DNA of 26,211 bases from a virus. Taxonomy: Duplodnaviria; Caudoviricetes. The notes beneath the pieces are model-generated. The model was given only the letters and a program-made list of their open reading frames with translations. It had not been told where the DNA came from and did not search any database. This document shows positions 25,310 through 26,211 of this stretch, one piece after another. The stretch covers positions 1 to 26,211 of the IMG/VR virus record IMGVR_UViG_3300045074_000030. One strand, 5' to 3'. Both the position numbers and the translations under genes were made by a program. How positions within the stretch are numbered: position 1 is the stretch's first letter; each line of letters opens with the position of its first letter.

Positions 25310-25687
25310 ATGCCCGTCGTCACTGAAGGCCTCAACCTCGGCGATCTTCTGAAATACGAAGCGCCGAACCTCTACTCGCGCGACCAGATCACCGTGGGCG
25401 CAGGCCAAAACCTGCCGCTGGGCACAGTGGTCGGTCTGGTGACCGCCACCGGCAAGATCAAGCAGATCGACCCATCGGCCACCGATGGCAGCCAGTACGC
25501 CGCAGGCGTGCTGATGCAGGCCGTGGACGCCACGCTCATCGACCGCGAGGACGGGCTGATGCTGGCCCGCCACGCCATCATCGCCGATCACGCCCTGGTG
25601 TGGCCCGCCACCATCACCGCCGCCGAAAAACAGGCTGCCATCGCGCAACTCAAGAGCCTCGGCATCCTCGTTCGCAAAGGAGTCTGA
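25310..25687 (+). CDS. Head decoration protein (gpD-like), 125 aa
   Basis: LGDLLKYE..YSRD, GTVVG, DGSQYAAGVL; located between protease and capsid genes. Confidence 0.88.
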   Translation: MPVVTEGLNLGDLLKYEAPNLYSRDQITVGAGQNLPLGTVVGLVTATGKIKQIDPSATDGSQYAAGVLMQAVDATLIDREDGLMLARHAIIADHALVWPATITAAEKQAAIAQLKSLGILVRKGV

Positions 25688-25689
25688 CC

Positions 25690-26211
25690 ATGAACAACGT
25701 TTTCGAGAATCCCGCGTTCTCGATGTCGGCGCTGACCGCTGCCATCAACATCCTGCCCAACAACTACGGGTTGATGGAAAGCATGGGCCTGTTCCCGCCC
25801 AAGCCGGTGCGCTTTCGTTCGGTGGCCGTCGAGGAAAAGAACGGCGTCCTGACACTGCTGCCGACGATGCCGGTGGGTTCGCCCGGAACGGTTGGCGTGC
25901 GCGGCAAGCGCAAGCTGCGCTCCTTTGCCATTCCGCACATCCCGCACGATGACGTGGTGCTGCCGGAGGAAGTGCAAGGCATCCGCGCCTTCGGCTCGGA
26001 AACCGAAGTGCAGACCATCGCAACAGTGATGGCTGAGCATCTGCAGACAATGCGCAACAAGCACGCGATCACGCTCGAGCATCTGCGCATCGGCGCGCTC
26101 AAGGGCATCATCCTCGATGCCGATGGATCGCAGCTGTACGACCTGTTCGACCTGTTCGAGATCACGCCGAAGGTGGTCAATTTCCAGCTGACTAACGGGC
26201 ACCTCGAATAA
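25690..26211 (+). pseudogene. Major capsid protein (lambda gpE family), truncated at 173 aa
   Basis: FSMSALTAAIN, IPHIPHDDVVLPEEVQGIRAFG, EHLRIGALKG; in-frame TAA at about half the usual length of this family. Confidence 0.75.
26197..26211. mobile_element. Possible IS5-family terminal inverted repeat start (GGGCACCTCGAATAA)
   Basis: Capsid-like sequence ends abruptly here; GG-N6-CGAATAA resembles the IS5 end GGAAGGTGCGAATAA; only 15 bp are visible. Confidence 0.35.

Larger units (their letters stand above)
1..26211. mobile_element. Lambdoid prophage (serine-recombinase type), partial; neither end nor att sites visible
   Basis: Ordered modules: recombinase, early/recombination, P4-type primase, resolvase, cos-like site, terminase, portal, protease, capsid. 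Whether 1-3216 lies inside the element boundary is inferred from adjacency only. Confidence 0.9.

Noticed and set aside
1-26211. attL/attR, tRNA or rRNA genes
   Set aside because: None recognisable; the element ends lie outside the window and serine-recombinase att cores are too short to call by eye.

Overview
GC-rich, proteobacterial-type lambdoid prophage covering essentially the whole window. The left end (1-3216, minus strand) holds a three-gene accessory operon: a LexA-type DNA-binding-domain-only repressor with a perfect 22-bp operator-like palindrome, a QatB-like helical protein starting Met-Gly, and a QueC/QatC-like PP-loop enzyme fused to an extra ~210-aa putative DNA-binding domain. 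This is the best candidate for an undescribed system, possibly a protein-deazaguanylation module. The plus strand then carries a DUF2924 / large serine recombinase / HTH module and early genes (AlpA-like, Bro-N, Sak4-like ATPase, SSB-like, a protein with an exact SSB-tail mimic, Cas4-like nuclease, a sigma70-region-4 protein). Next come a P4-type primase-helicase with a long inverted-repeat origin candidate, a RuvC-like resolvase and a probable late regulator. A lambda-like cos region is followed by two tandem ParB-methyltransferases and three antisense cassettes, each preceded by the same 31-bp element. A lambda-type head module (terS, terL, gpW, portal, S49 protease, decoration, major capsid) closes the window; the capsid gene stops prematurely at the window end, probably at an IS junction. 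All family assignments come from motif recognition by eye; no database searches were run.
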